Of a DNA stretch of 64,000 bases, positions 1-12,019 are shown piece after piece. The position numbers and the translations under genes are program-made. The notes beneath the pieces are model-generated. The model worked only from the letters and a program-made list of their open reading frames with translations, ran no database searches and was not told where the DNA came from. Origin of the DNA: Heterodontus francisci (Eukaryota); assembly GCF_036365525.1 (NCBI RefSeq), contig NC_090379.1, positions 35,796,855-35,860,854 of the forward strand, in the 5' to 3' direction. Numbering within the stretch: position 1 is the first letter of the stretch; each line of letters begins with the position of its first letter.

Positions 1-613
1 CAGGAGCAAGGATGCCTTGCTGCAATTATACCAGGTCTTGGTGAGACCACATCTGGTGTATTGTGTACAGTTTTGGTCTCCCTTATCTGAGGAAGGATGC
101 TGTTGCTATGGAGGGAGTGCAGTGAAGGTTCACCAGACTGATTCCTGGGATGGCAGGACTGACGTATGAAGAGAGATTGGGTTGATTAGGCTTGTATTCA
201 CTAGAGTTTAGAAGAATGAGCGGGGATCTCATAGAAACCTACAAAATTCTAACAGGACTGGACAGGCTAGATGCAGGAAGGATGTTCCCGATGGCGGGGG
301 AGTCCAGGACCAGGGGGTCACAGTCTAAGGATAAGGGGTAAGCCATTTAGGACTGAGATAAGGAGAGATTTCTTCACCCAGGGAGTGGTGAACCTGTGGA
401 ATTCTCTACCACGGAAAGCAGTTGAGGCCAAATCATTAAATATATTCAAGAAAGAGTTGGATATAGTTCTTAGGGCTAATGAAATCAAGGGATACGGGGA
501 GAAAGCGGGAACAGGTTACTGAGTTTGGATGATCAGCAGTGATCGTATTGAATGGCGGAGCAGGCTCTAAGGGCCGAATAGCCTACTCCCGCTCCTATTT
601 TTCTACGTTTCTA
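1..613 (+). mobile_element. CR1 LINE 3' end (decayed)
   Basis: ORF2 C-terminal motifs (RPHL..CVQFWSP, FFTQGVVNLWNSLP) and a CR1 3' UTR with GGGCCGAA..GCCT stem and tttcta tail. Confidence 0.9.
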
Positions 614-1031
614 ATACAAAGGTATGGGTATATTAATTGTGTTTAATTGTGTGCAGGTGGTGGGCATTAATTGGAGTTTCACTTCAGCAGACTTATTGAA
701 ACTGTGGGGCTGTTGAGTTAGGAAGTACATGCTTATAATGTTTAACTCTGTAAATAAATGTAAGACTGAGTAAAGACTGGCTCCAGTTCTATCCTTCACC
801 AATTGGCTTTCTGGATTAGAACAAGCAGGGCCAAACACGTGTTATGATGCTGGCTTGCTCCCAATACTTTTAAGTTTTTTTTCCTCACCACACAAACCAG
901 CTTGCAGAAGGACTCCATGCTCCCTATGATCTGAAACTTAGTTTTATGCATTTAGTATACAGGCTATAGCATGGGGTGGAGTAAACAATCCTTGCTTTTA
1001 TTGTAAGTATGTTAACAAGATAATACATCTT

Positions 1032-1655
1032 GGGCTGAATTTTACCACAGGCTTCAGGACACTGACATCAGGGCGAAAAGCAGGTCCCAAGCTTTTAATT
1101 GCTGGCAGTGGGACCTACTACTTGACCACCTGCGGGCCTGTCATCCAATTAAGGGCAGCGGGTGGCCTCTCCATGTTGCCGGCCTAATCAGAGGGCAGGC
1201 AGCTTTAAAGCCTCAGCAGCACCACCAGGTGAGGTGTTCACTACTGAGGCAGACAAGAGACCTCGGGGTGCCTCCACTAACTTAAAAATAAAAGATTCAG
1301 GGGCCAAGGGTCAGAGAATTGCAGGTGCTGCCTTTCCAGCCTGCCGGTCCCCTTCTTTGGGCCATGAAGCCTCTGGCTCCAATAGCACCTCACCTCCCCC
1401 TGGGCTGCCTTCCCACATGGCAACAGCGGGGATACACAAGCTATCGATAAAATGCCCACAGCCCTGTAAAATGGCCCCAAACAGGGCCTTTAATTAGACA
1501 AACTGGCTACCCGCCTCCATGATCCACCTCGCAGCCCCGCCACTAGGAAAACTTCGTCCAGAGCCGTCCGATCATGGCTTTCCGCTATTTTATCGGCACC
1601 CTCCCCACGCCCCAGCCTCCCGGCCCGTCACTCGGAGACTCATAAAACTCTGCCT
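1032..1655. mobile_element. Non-autonomous DNA transposon, PIF/Harbinger-like
   Basis: Imperfect TIRs GGGCTGAATTTTA / TAAAACTCTGCCT, 3-bp TSD CTT, GC-rich interior; termini similar to 20736-21532. Confidence 0.6.
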
Positions 1656-2059
1656 CTTTTGTCACTTCAGAAGATTAATATCCGGTAAATACAAAAAGAG
1701 GCGAAACTACTAAATGGGTCTAGTATTAATTACAATTGTTTGCTGAAGTGGTCAAAATCAGCACAATGTTGAACAGTCCAATAGTACTAGAAGTCTAGAA
1801 ACAGTTCACAAATAATCACGAACCTTTAATTCTTATTTTGGAACTTAAGATGAAATTGAAAATGACATAAGTGCAAGGTTACAAAACTTAATCCCTCTGG
1901 TCCCTACAGAAACAAATAATACACAAAAAACATGCTCATTTATATATTCTTAATTCCTGTGAATGGCAGGCAATTGTTTTAGAGATCAGTTGGTCAAATA
2001 AAGACGGATAGATGGAAGACATGGGTTGAGGTTGATTTTGCATAAACAAACATGGATTG

Positions 2060-2750
2060 GTTTGGGTGGTTAAGACAGCATATAGAATCCTTTCCTTTAT
2101 TAGCCGAGGTATAGACTATAAGAGCAGGGAGGTTATGCTGGAACTGTATAAATCATTGCTGAGGCCACAACTCGAGTATTGTGTTCAGTTCTGGTCATCT
2201 CATTGCAGAAAGGACATAATTGCACTGGAGAGGGTACAGAGATGATTTACGAGGATGTTGCTGGGACTGGAAAGATGCAGCTATGAGGAAAGATTGGGTA
2301 GGGTGGGGTTGTCCTCCTTGGAACAGAGAAGGCTGAGGGGAGATCTGATTGAAATGTACAAAATTGTGAGAGGCCTGGATACAGTGGATGTGAAGAGCCT
2401 ATTTACCTTCGCAGAGAGGTCAGTGGCTAGGGGGCATAGATTTAAAGTGATAGGTAGAAAGATTAGAGGGGAGATAAGGAAAATACTTTTAACCTAGAGG
2501 GTGGTGGGGGTCTGGAACTCACTGCCTGAAAGGATAGTGGAGGCAGAAACCCTCAACTCATTTAAAAAGGTGTCTGGATATGCACCTCAAGTGCTGTAAC
2601 CTGCAGGGCCAAGGACCAAATGCTGGAAGGTGGGATTATAGGAGGTGGGAAAAAAAATTTTTAAAAATAGATTGGGTGGCTCGGTTTTTAGCCGGTGCAG
2701 ACACGATTGGACAAGTGGTCTCTTTCTGTGCCATAAACTTTCTATGATTC
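2060..2750 (+). mobile_element. CR1 LINE 3' fragment
   Basis: RPQLEYCVQFWS, RRLRGDLIEMYKI motifs; ttctatgattctg tail. Confidence 0.9.
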
Positions 2751-2754
2751 TGTG

Positions 2755-3660
2755 GGATCTGGGAAAACAAATACATAAATTGCTAAAAGTAGCAATGCAA
2801 GTTAATAAGGCCATTTCTAGAGAAACAGAATACAAAAGAAGAGAAATAGTGTTAAATTTATAGGATACAGAACCTTAGTTAGACACACTTGGCATCTGCA
2901 AACTACAAAAAGGATACTGAAGCACTGGAGAAAGTGCAGAAAAGATTTATTTATTTATTTAGAGATACAGCACTGAAACAGGCCCTTCGGCCCACCGAGT
3001 CTGTGCCGACCATCAACCACCCATTTATACTAATCCTACATTAATCCCATATTCCTACCACATCCCCACCTGTCCCTATATTCTCCTACCACCTACTTAT
3101 ACTAGGGGCAATTTATAATGGCCAATTTACCTATCAACCTGCAAGTCTTTGGCTGTGGGAGGAAACCGGAGCACTCGGAGAAAACCCACGCAGACACAGG
3201 GAGAACTTGCAAACTCCACACAGGCAGTACCCAGAATTGAACCCAGGTCGCTGGAGCTGTGAGGCTGCAGTGCTAACCACTGCGCAGCCCTCGGACGATA
3301 CCACAAGTGACCTATCAGGAAAGACTGAACAGGCTGGGGCTTTTATTTTGGAAAAGGTGACCTGATCAGAGTTCTTTCAAATGGTGAAGGGATTCAGTGG
3401 AGTGAACATGGAGAAGCAGTTTGTTTGTGAGTCTAGAACAACAGGGTAATGCAAGATAGTCACTAATAGTTCAAAGAATTTAGGATGAATTTCTTTTAAC
3501 CAAGAGTGGGGAGAATGTGAAACAGGCTGTCTCATGGAGCAGATGACACACAGAGAAGGGCATGGAAGGCTACAAGGGCAGGTTGGCAAGAGACTTGTGC
3601 AGAGTATAAACAACTTATAAAGCAGTTGGGTCAAATGGCTTATTTATATGCCATACATAA
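2755..3660 (+). mobile_element. Old CR1 fragment interrupted by a V-SINE
   Basis: Degenerate KVAMQVNKAI...ALEKVQKRF coding remnants on both sides of the SINE. Confidence 0.6.
2945..3287 (-). mobile_element. tRNA-derived V-SINE (HE1-like)
   Basis: tRNA-like head (GCGCAGTGGTTAGC...GGGTTCAATTC), V-domain TGTGTGGAGTTTGCA..TTCTCCC...GGTTTCCTCCCA, CR1-like tail GGGCCGAAGGGCCTGTTTCAGTGCTGTATCTC(TAAA)n. Confidence 0.9.
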
Positions 3661-3771
3661 TATTTAATTTTAGGTAAATCTCTAAAATATAAAGATATCA
3701 ACTTCATTTTGAGCACAGTATTTAAAACTGGAGGAAACAAATCAACCATGGATTAACATTCTATTATTGGC

Positions 3772-5006
3772 ATGATTCAGCATAGCGGTGCCTCATCAGA
3801 CCCCTTTCCTATCCTGAGTGGTGTGAAACAGGGCTGTGTTCTCACACCTACACTTTTTGGGATCTTCTTCTCCCTACTGCTCTCATGCGTTCAAGTCTTC
3901 AGAAGAAGGAATTTTCCTCCACACAAGATCAGGTGGCAGGTTGTTCAACCTTGCCCATCTAAGAGCGAAGTCCAAAGTACTGAAAGTCCTCATCAGGGAA
4001 CTCCTCCTTGCTGACGATGCTGCATTAACATCTCACACTGAAGAGTGTCTGCAGAGTCTCATCGACAGGTTTGCGGCTGCCTGCAATGAATTTGGCCTAA
4101 CCATCAGCCTCAAGAAAACGAACATCATGGGACAGGACGTCGGAAATGCTCCATCCATCAATATCGGCGACCATGCTCTGGAAGTGGTTCAAGAGTTCAC
4201 CTACCTAGGCTCAACTATCACCAGTAACCTGTCTCTTGATGCAGAAATCAACAAGCGCATGGGAAAGGCTTCCACTGCTATGTCCAGACTGGCCAAGAGA
4301 GTGTGGGAAAATGGTGCACTAACACAGAACACAAAAGTCCGAGTGTATCAAGCCTGTGTCCTCAGTACCTTGCTGTACGGCAGCGAGGCCTGGACAACGT
4401 ATGTCAGCCAAGAGCGACGTCTCAATTCATTCCATCTTCGCTGCCTCCGGAGAATCCTTGGCATCAGGTGGCAGGACTGCATCTCCAACACAGAAGTCCT
4501 CGAGGCGGCCAACATCCCCAGCTTATACACACTACTGAGTCAGCGGCGCTTGAGATGGCTTGGCCATGTGAGCTGCATGGAAGATGGCAGGATCCCCAAA
4601 GACACATTGTACAGCGAGCTCGCCACTGGTATCAGACCTACCGGCCATCCATGTCTATGCTTTAAAGACGTCTGCAAACGCGACATGAAGTCCTGTGACA
4701 TTGATCACAAGTCGTGGGAGTCAGTTGCCAGCGATCGTCAGAGCTGGCGGGCAGCCATAAAGGCGGAGCTAAAGTGTGGCGAGTCGAAGAGACTTAGCAG
4801 TTGGCAGGAAAAAAGACCGAAGCGCAAGGAGAGAGCCAACTGTGTAGCAGCCCCGACAACCAATTTTTTTCTGCAGCACCTGTGGAAGACTCTGTCACTC
4901 TAGCATTGGCCTTTATAGCCACTCCAGGCGCTGTTCCACACACCACTGACCACCTCTAGGCGCTTACCCATTGTCTCCCGAGACAGGGAACCAAAGAAGA
5001 AGAAGG
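3772..5006 (+). mobile_element. RTE-clade LINE, 5'-truncated
   Basis: GVKQGCVL, ELLLADDAAL, FTYLGS, TLLYGSEAW, RRLRWLGHV motifs; (GAA)n tail; 2-bp frameshift near 3885. Confidence 0.93.
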
Positions 5007-8000
5007 ATAATGATGCTTTTGGAAGAATGCAAGCACTTGACAAAATACAATGAACTATTAACTATTTCATATACTGGTAACTACATTTGTAATTCCGTTA
5101 ACACCATTCTAAGTTTCATTCAATGATAACAGTGAAAGAAACTGGTACTTAGTGTAAATCCACACAATCTAAGTCATGCAGTACTAGCATTGGCTGCAGT
5201 ACATAATGCTAATAAAATTCAGTTCCTAACATTTCAGCATGGATAGTTAGTTTCTAACATAGAATCGCAATTGCAAAAATACAATGTCTTCTAGAAGAGG
5301 ATCAGTTGGAGTAATGAACAATTCAATTAGATTTGATGATTTGTTGGTTTTAGTTTCATTAAGAGTTGCCTTTGTTGTTATCATCTTTTCCCTATAATCT
5401 TTCTTAGCTGAATTGCTACTATTACTTCAGGCATTTAGACCTATGTAGCAAATAAATCCATTGTCATTAATGAGATGATTCAGGTAGAAAAACACTTGTA
5501 AAATTATAGATACCAAACTTTTAAATGTTCACCCGTGTACCCAGATCCTTTTGCTCTTCTATCCCATTCAGATTTTTTTTATTTTCTAAGGTGTAGGTGA
5601 TGTTTCTGTTTTTCCCTACCGAAGAGAATCACCTTACATTTATCTATATAAAAGTTAATTTGCTACTTAACTGCCTTGACTGCGAGTTTTCTATTGTCGT
5701 CTTGAATTATGTTGCATTCTTCCTCAGTGTTAACTATACCCCACAGTTTAGTTTCATCTGCAATTTTTGCTATTAGTTGTTGTTCCTAAATACGAATCAT
5801 TAATATGAATAATAGGGGTCCCAGCACTGATCATTGTGGAACACTACTTTCTACCTTCCTCCAATCTGAATAGCTACCCTTTACCCCTACACTCTGCTTT
5901 CTTTTATTTTAGCCAATTTGCTATCTGTTGAGTTATTTGTCCCCCAACTACGTATGCCCAAACCTTTTTTCATAAGCCTACTTTCTTGTACCATATAGAA
6001 AGCATTTGCTAAGAAGGGAAAGTGAGTGAAGGGGAAATGGAAGGTAAGTTACCAAAGGTATCGCAAATACCTCTTTGCACTACTCTTTAAACTTACTTGT
6101 ACTTACATGTACTTGGATTGTCAAAAGACCTTCTATATGGTACAAGAAAGTAGGCTTATTATTCATATTAATGATTCGTATTTAGGAACAACAACTAATA
6201 GCAAAAATTGCAGATGAAACTAAACTGTGGGGTATAGTTAACACTGAGGAAGAATGCAACATAATTCAAGACGACAATAGAAAACTCACAGTCAAGGCAG
6301 TTAAGTAGCAAATTAACTTTTATATAGATAAATGTAAGGTGATGCTCTTCGGTAGGGAAAAACAGAAACATCACCTACACCTTAGAAAATAAAAAAAATC
6401 TGAATGGGATAGAAGAGCAAAAGGATCTGGGTACACGGGTGAACATTTAAAAGTTTGGTATCTATAATTTTACAAGTGTTTTTCTACCTGAATCATCTCA
6501 TTAATGACAATGGATTTATTTGCTACATAGGTCTAAATGCCTGAAGTAATAGTAGCAATTCAGCTAAGAAAGATTATAGGGAAAAGATGATAACAACAAA
6601 GGCAACTCTTAATGAAACTAAAACCAACAAATCATCAAATCTAATTGAATTGTTCATTACTCCAACTGATCCTCTTCTAGAAGACATTGTATTTTTGCAA
6701 TTGCGATTCTATGTTAGAAACTAACTATCCATGCTGAAATGTTAGGAACTGAATTTTATTAGCATTATGTACTGCAGCCAATGCTAGTACTGCATGACTT
6801 AGATTGTGTGGATTTACACTAAGTACCAGTTTCTTTCACTGTTATCATTGAATGAAACTTAGAATGGTGTTAACGGAATTACAAATGTAGTTACCAGTAT
6901 ATGAAATAGTTAATAGTTCATTGTATTTTGTCAAGTGCTTGCATTCTTCCAAAAGCATCATTATCCTTCTTCTTCTTTGGTTCCCTGTCTCGGGAGACAA
7001 TGGGTAAGCGCCTAGAGGTGGTCAGTGGTGTGTGGAACAGCGCCTGGAGTGGCTATAAAGGCCAATGCTAGAGTGACAGAGTCTTCCACAGGTGCTGCAG
7101 AAAAAAATTGGTTGTCGGGGCTGCTACACAGTTGGCTCTCTCCTTGCGCTTCGGTCTTTTTTCCTGCCAACTGCTAAGTCTCTTCGACTCGCCACACTTT
7201 AGCTCCGCCTTTATGGCTGCCCGCCAGCTCTGACGATCGCTGGCAACTGACTCCCACGACTTGTGATCAATGTCACAGGACTTCATGTCGCGTTTGCAGA
7301 CGTCTTTAAAGCATAGACATGGATGGCCGGTAGGTCTGATACCAGTGGCGAGCTCGCTGTACAATGTGTCTTTGGGGATCCTGCCATCTTCCATGCAGCT
7401 CACATGGCCAAGCCATCTCAAGCGCCGCTGACTCAGTAGTGTGTATAAGCTGGGGATGTTGGCCGCCTCGAGGACTTCTGTGTTGGAGATGCAGTCCTGC
7501 CACCTGATGCCAAGGATTCTCCGGAGGCAGCGAAGATGGAATGAATTGAGACGTCGCTCTTGGCTGACATACGTTGTCCAGGCCTCGCTGCCGTACAGCA
7601 AGGTACTGAGGACACAGGCTTGATACACTCGGACTTTTGTGTTCTGTGTTAGTGCACCATTTTCCCACACTCTCTTGGCCAGTCTGGACATAGCAGTGGA
7701 AGCCTTTCCCATGCGCTTGTTGATTTCTGCATCAAGAGACAGGTTACTGGTGATAGTTGAGCCTAGGTAGGTGAACTCTTGAACCACTTCCAGAGCATGG
7801 TCGCCGATATTGATGGATGGAGCATTTCCGACGTCCTGTCCCATGATGTTCGTTTTCTTGAGGCTGATGGTTAGGCCAAATTCATTGCAGGCAGCCGCAA
7901 ACCTGTCGATGAGACTCTGCAGACACTCTTCAGTGTGAGATGTTAATGCAGCATCGTCAGCAAGGAGGAGTTCCCTGATGAGGACTTTCAGTACTTTGGA

Positions 8001-8106
8001 CTTCGCTCTTAGATGGGCAAGGTTGAACAACCTGCCACCTGATCTTGTGTGGAGGAAAATTCCTTCTTCTGAAGACTTGAACGCATGAGAGCAGTAGGGA
8101 GAAGAA
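3865..8106. repeat. Long inverted duplication: arms 3865-6000 and 6131-8106, 130-bp spacer
   Basis: The right arm is the reverse complement of the left, including ~500 bp of non-TE sequence. A few substitutions; ~160 bp (5815-5974) is missing from the right arm. Confidence 0.95.
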
Positions 8107-8826
8107 AATCCCAAACAGTCTAGGTGCGAGAACACAGCCCTGTTTCACACCATTCAGGATAGGAAAGGGGTCTGATGAGGTGCCGCTATGTTGAACTGTG
8201 CCTTTCATATTGTCATGGAATGAGGTGATGATACTTAGTAGCTTTGGTGGACATGCAATCTTTTTTAGTAGTCTGAAGAGACCAGGTCTGCTGACGAGGT
8301 CAAAGATTTGGTGAGATCAATGAAAGCAATGTAGAGGGGCATCTGTTGTTCGCGGCATTTCTCCTGTATCTGACGAAGGGAGAACAGCATGTCAATGGTC
8401 GATCTCTCTGCACGAAAGCCACACTGTGCCTCAGGGTAGATGCGCTCGGCCAGCTTCTGGAGCCTGTTTAAAGCGACTCGAGCAAAGACTTTCCCCACGA
8501 AGCTGAGCAGGGAGATTCCACGGTAGTTGTTGCAGTCACCGCGGTCACCTTTGTTTTTACAGAGGGTGATGATATTGGCATCGCGCATGTCCTGTGGTAC
8601 TGCTCCCTCATCCCAGCACAGGCAAAGTAGTTCATGTAGTGCTGAGAGTATAGCAGGCTTGGCACTCTTGATTATTTCAGGGGTAATGCTGTCCTTCCCA
8701 GGGGCATTTCCGCTGGCTAGAGAATCAATGGCATCACTGAGTTCCGATTTTGTTGGCTGTACGTCCAGCTCATCGATGACTGGTAGAGGCTGGGCTGCAT
8801 TGAGGGCAGTCTCAGTGATAACACTG
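6965..8826 (-). mobile_element. RTE-clade LINE, 5'-truncated (right arm of palindrome plus extra 5' part)
   Basis: Same motifs plus NYRGISLLS, QCGFR, AFIDLTK. Confidence 0.93.
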
Positions 8827-10014
8827 TCTCTAATACACAGAATGACATATAACTTACAGCACAGAAAGAGGCCATTTGTTTATGCTGCCAATGAGGCTCC
8901 CCCCACTCTATTTATTTCCTTTCATCCTAAAAACTTATTCTCCTATTCCTTTCACTTTCATTTCTAATCTAGCTTCTCCTTAAATGCATCGGTGCTATTT
9001 GCCTCAACCACTCCATGAGGTAGTGACGGTCAGACAGATTGCATGGAAAAGCTGGTCATCACAAAAAAAACCTCACTCATCATAGTTGGCAGAAACACAA
9101 AAAGGTATATTTCAATGCATTGAGGTCACCTAGAGTTTATGATAGTAGATGAATGAGACACCTGGACAGATTGCACCATAATGACTTTGGTTAAAACCAG
9201 CTGCCATTTTTTATTATTACAGCGATGAGATGACATTTCCTTTCCTCCATACAGTGGTGATGAAGAATTTAAATTCTTCAGAGATTTCAGACATGTTGAC
9301 ATGGAACTCACCCAACCAATGTACTGTGATTGGTTGAAAACAAAGTTCTGTTCACTTTAACTTTGTTCTGTCATCCCACAGAATGTACGTATGGAAACCT
9401 AAAGTGCCGTACCCCTCCTTTCACACACACAAATGAAAATTCAGGCGATAAACATTGGGTAAGTTATAGCCGGTGGACTATTGAAGTTCAGGGTGTTGGT
9501 CGATAACAGCCTCTGCAATGCAATAACAGAAAGCCTGCCATTTATTTTTAGTCTTAGGTCATCCTATCACTACACACAACTATTTGGTTTCGTCGTCCTT
9601 TCACACATAGCTTCAGGACAAAGTGCCTGGCGCTCCAGTATCGATAATTTGCCCAATATGAAATCAAATTATCGGCTCAGCCAACCAGTTTCTAAAACGA
9701 GCTCCCAAGAAAACAAGCTCTTACCAGCAGTTGCATTGTCTCAATTGCAAGCTCTCCATATTCAAATGCAATAAAATGGATATTCACGTACAATAAAATG
9801 GGCATGCATATCCGTTCAAATAATAGCTTCAGGGGTTTCTCTAATAGTCGCTGTAATCTTCAAAGTGTTTCCTAGAACCCAACACCTATCTGATTCGCTT
9901 TTACGGTGGCATTTGTTTTAATCACAACTTACGATGGATGTTTGCAAGCATCAGATAGCAGCTACAGCCCACTTGTGTTGAACATTTATAGACATTTGTA
10001 CACAGCTCACTTAC

Positions 10015-10027
10015 TATCTGTCGCCAT
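10015..10027 (-). CDS. SYT16: Probable first coding micro-exon of synaptotagmin-16 (MATD|I)
   Basis: ATG GCG ACA GAT A|gtaagtgag with a consensus donor. Matches the recalled SYT16 N-terminus MATDITPEAIGFLS; downstream of SNAPC1 on the same strand, as in vertebrate synteny. Only 13 coding nt are visible. Confidence 0.55.
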
Positions 10028-11017
10028 AATGTGGGCACCTTTGCAGGAGAGTGAGCCCAGCTGGTCCACCCAATGGAAATTCCTCAGTCAGATCCCAGGC
10101 ACACACCACTTTCCACCAGCTTCTCTGAGCAGTAACACTGCGATCTCTGCAATGTCTCAAACTCCGCCTCCCACTCTAGTCAGCACCAATCCCTTCCATC
10201 TGCTCGCCTTTCTCTCTTCATTGATATTCTCGTGTGACGAATAGTAATACAAGGAATAAGGGCTGATTTTAGATGGTCATCTTACCCTTTAGTGAGCCAC
10301 GGTTGCAGGAAACCCATTTCCCAGCAAAGGATAGCATTTACATCCATATGTACACAAAGCAACAGTGGATATACTTCAAAGCAATAAAGAGCTTTGCGAT
10401 GTCCTGGGGATATGAAAGACATTAACTACAAGCCTTTTTATTCTAAACCCAATTAAAATTATTTGATTGTATTGTTGGATAAGTAGTATCTCACAGGCAC
10501 TCGGTAACCAGAATTGCCATCTGTTGGTCGGCAATTTAAATGTATTCCATTCTCATACATGTTATTCACAGCAATAGTTCCGTTCCGAGACATGCATTGG
10601 CACCTGCATATTGTATTCATGAAACGTATGAGGACTCCCACACATTCCACGCTGCCTGACCTGCTGCATGTTTCCAGCATTTTCTTTTAACTCCTTTAAT
10701 CATCATAAACTCCTCAAAAAATGTTTCATCCAGTGGTCGGAACCTGTTACTGCACCATTTCACTTCCCAGTTCCTGCAGGCGGTCTGAAAGCCTAATCAT
10801 TCCCTTTACCATCCAATAAAAAGTACAGATTTAGGAAATGTGCAATACTCTATTTTTCAAAAACTATCCGCTATCCAGATTAGCTTTATATTTTAATATA
10901 TTTTGCTGTCAGTTCAGATATATTTGAGATAGGAAGCTACCTCATGCCTGTAGTGCGGCTAAAGGTATCTTTGTATCCTTGAATGAACGTTGCCTTTAAT
11001 TTCATCTGAATGATCAG

Positions 11018-11312
11018 CTGATGGTACAAGGACGAGGGGACAGAGATTTAGGGCTTTGGGCAAGAGATACGGGGAGATTTGAGGAAGAACTTTTTTATGC
11101 AGCGAGTGGTAGTGATCTGGAACTTGCTGTCTACCAGGGTGGTGGAAATAGAGATGATCAATGATTTCAAGAGGAAAGTAAATGGGCACTTGAGGGAAAT
11201 AACTTTGCAGGACAATGGGGATAGAGCGGGGGAATGGGACTAATTGGATTGCTCTACAGAGAGCCAGCATGAATTTGATGGGCCGAATGGCCTCCATCTG
11301 TGTTCTATGATT
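11018..11312 (+). mobile_element. CR1 3' fragment
   Basis: TRGHRF...WNLL remnants; GGGCCGAATGGCCT...ttctatga tail. Confidence 0.8.
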
Positions 11313-11411
11313 AGCTGCTTCTTTTATGTACACAGTGGCTCACATCTACATCAGAATCTCTTAAGTGTCTTAGTGCACTCCTGCTGAGAAAGCCAACATG
11401 GATTTTTATAG

Positions 11412-12004
11412 TGAACATCAACGCAAGCTCGAGGAACAGCATCTCATCTACCGATTAGGCACACTTCAGCCTGCCGGACTGAACATTGAGTTCAATAATT
11501 TCAGAGCATGACAGCCCCCCATTTTACTTTCATTTTTAGTTAGTTTTTCTTCCTTTTTTCTTTTTTTACATTCTTTTTTACAATCCTTTTTTTTGCATTT
11601 ATTTCATTTCATCTTAGTTTGTTCAGTTTGCTTACCCACTGTTTTTTTCAGGTTTGCACTTGCTGCTGTTCAATAATCCGTGTCTTTCCACCTAATCTGT
11701 ACTAATGCTTTGTCTTTCAACACACCATTAACATATTGTTTGCCTTTGCTCTGTGACCTTTTGGTCAGCTATGTGGCCTGGTCCAATCTGCACCTTCTCC
11801 TTTGTTATCTCTTGCCCCACCCCACCTCACTTGCTTATAATCTGTGACTTTTCTAATATTTGTCAGTTCCGAAGAAGGGTCACTGACCCGAAACGTTAAC
11901 TCTGCTTCTCTTGCCACAGATGCTGCCAGACCTGCTGAGTGATTCCAACATTTCTTGTTTTTGTTTCAGATTTCCAGCATCCGCAGTATTTTGCTTTTAT
12001 TATT
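11412..12004 (+). mobile_element. Penelope-like element 3' fragment with minimal hammerhead motif
   Basis: C-terminus EHQRKLEEQHLIYRLGTLQPAGLNIEF (end of the GIY-YIG domain); hammerhead-like motif at 11865-11901; 14-bp TSD ATGGATTTTTATAG. Confidence 0.75.
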
Positions 12005-12019
12005 ATGGATTTTTATAGG

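Noticed and set aside
10178-10200. REST/NRSE site near the SYT16 start
   Set aside because: Only the TCAGCACC half-site is present; the GGACAG half is missing.
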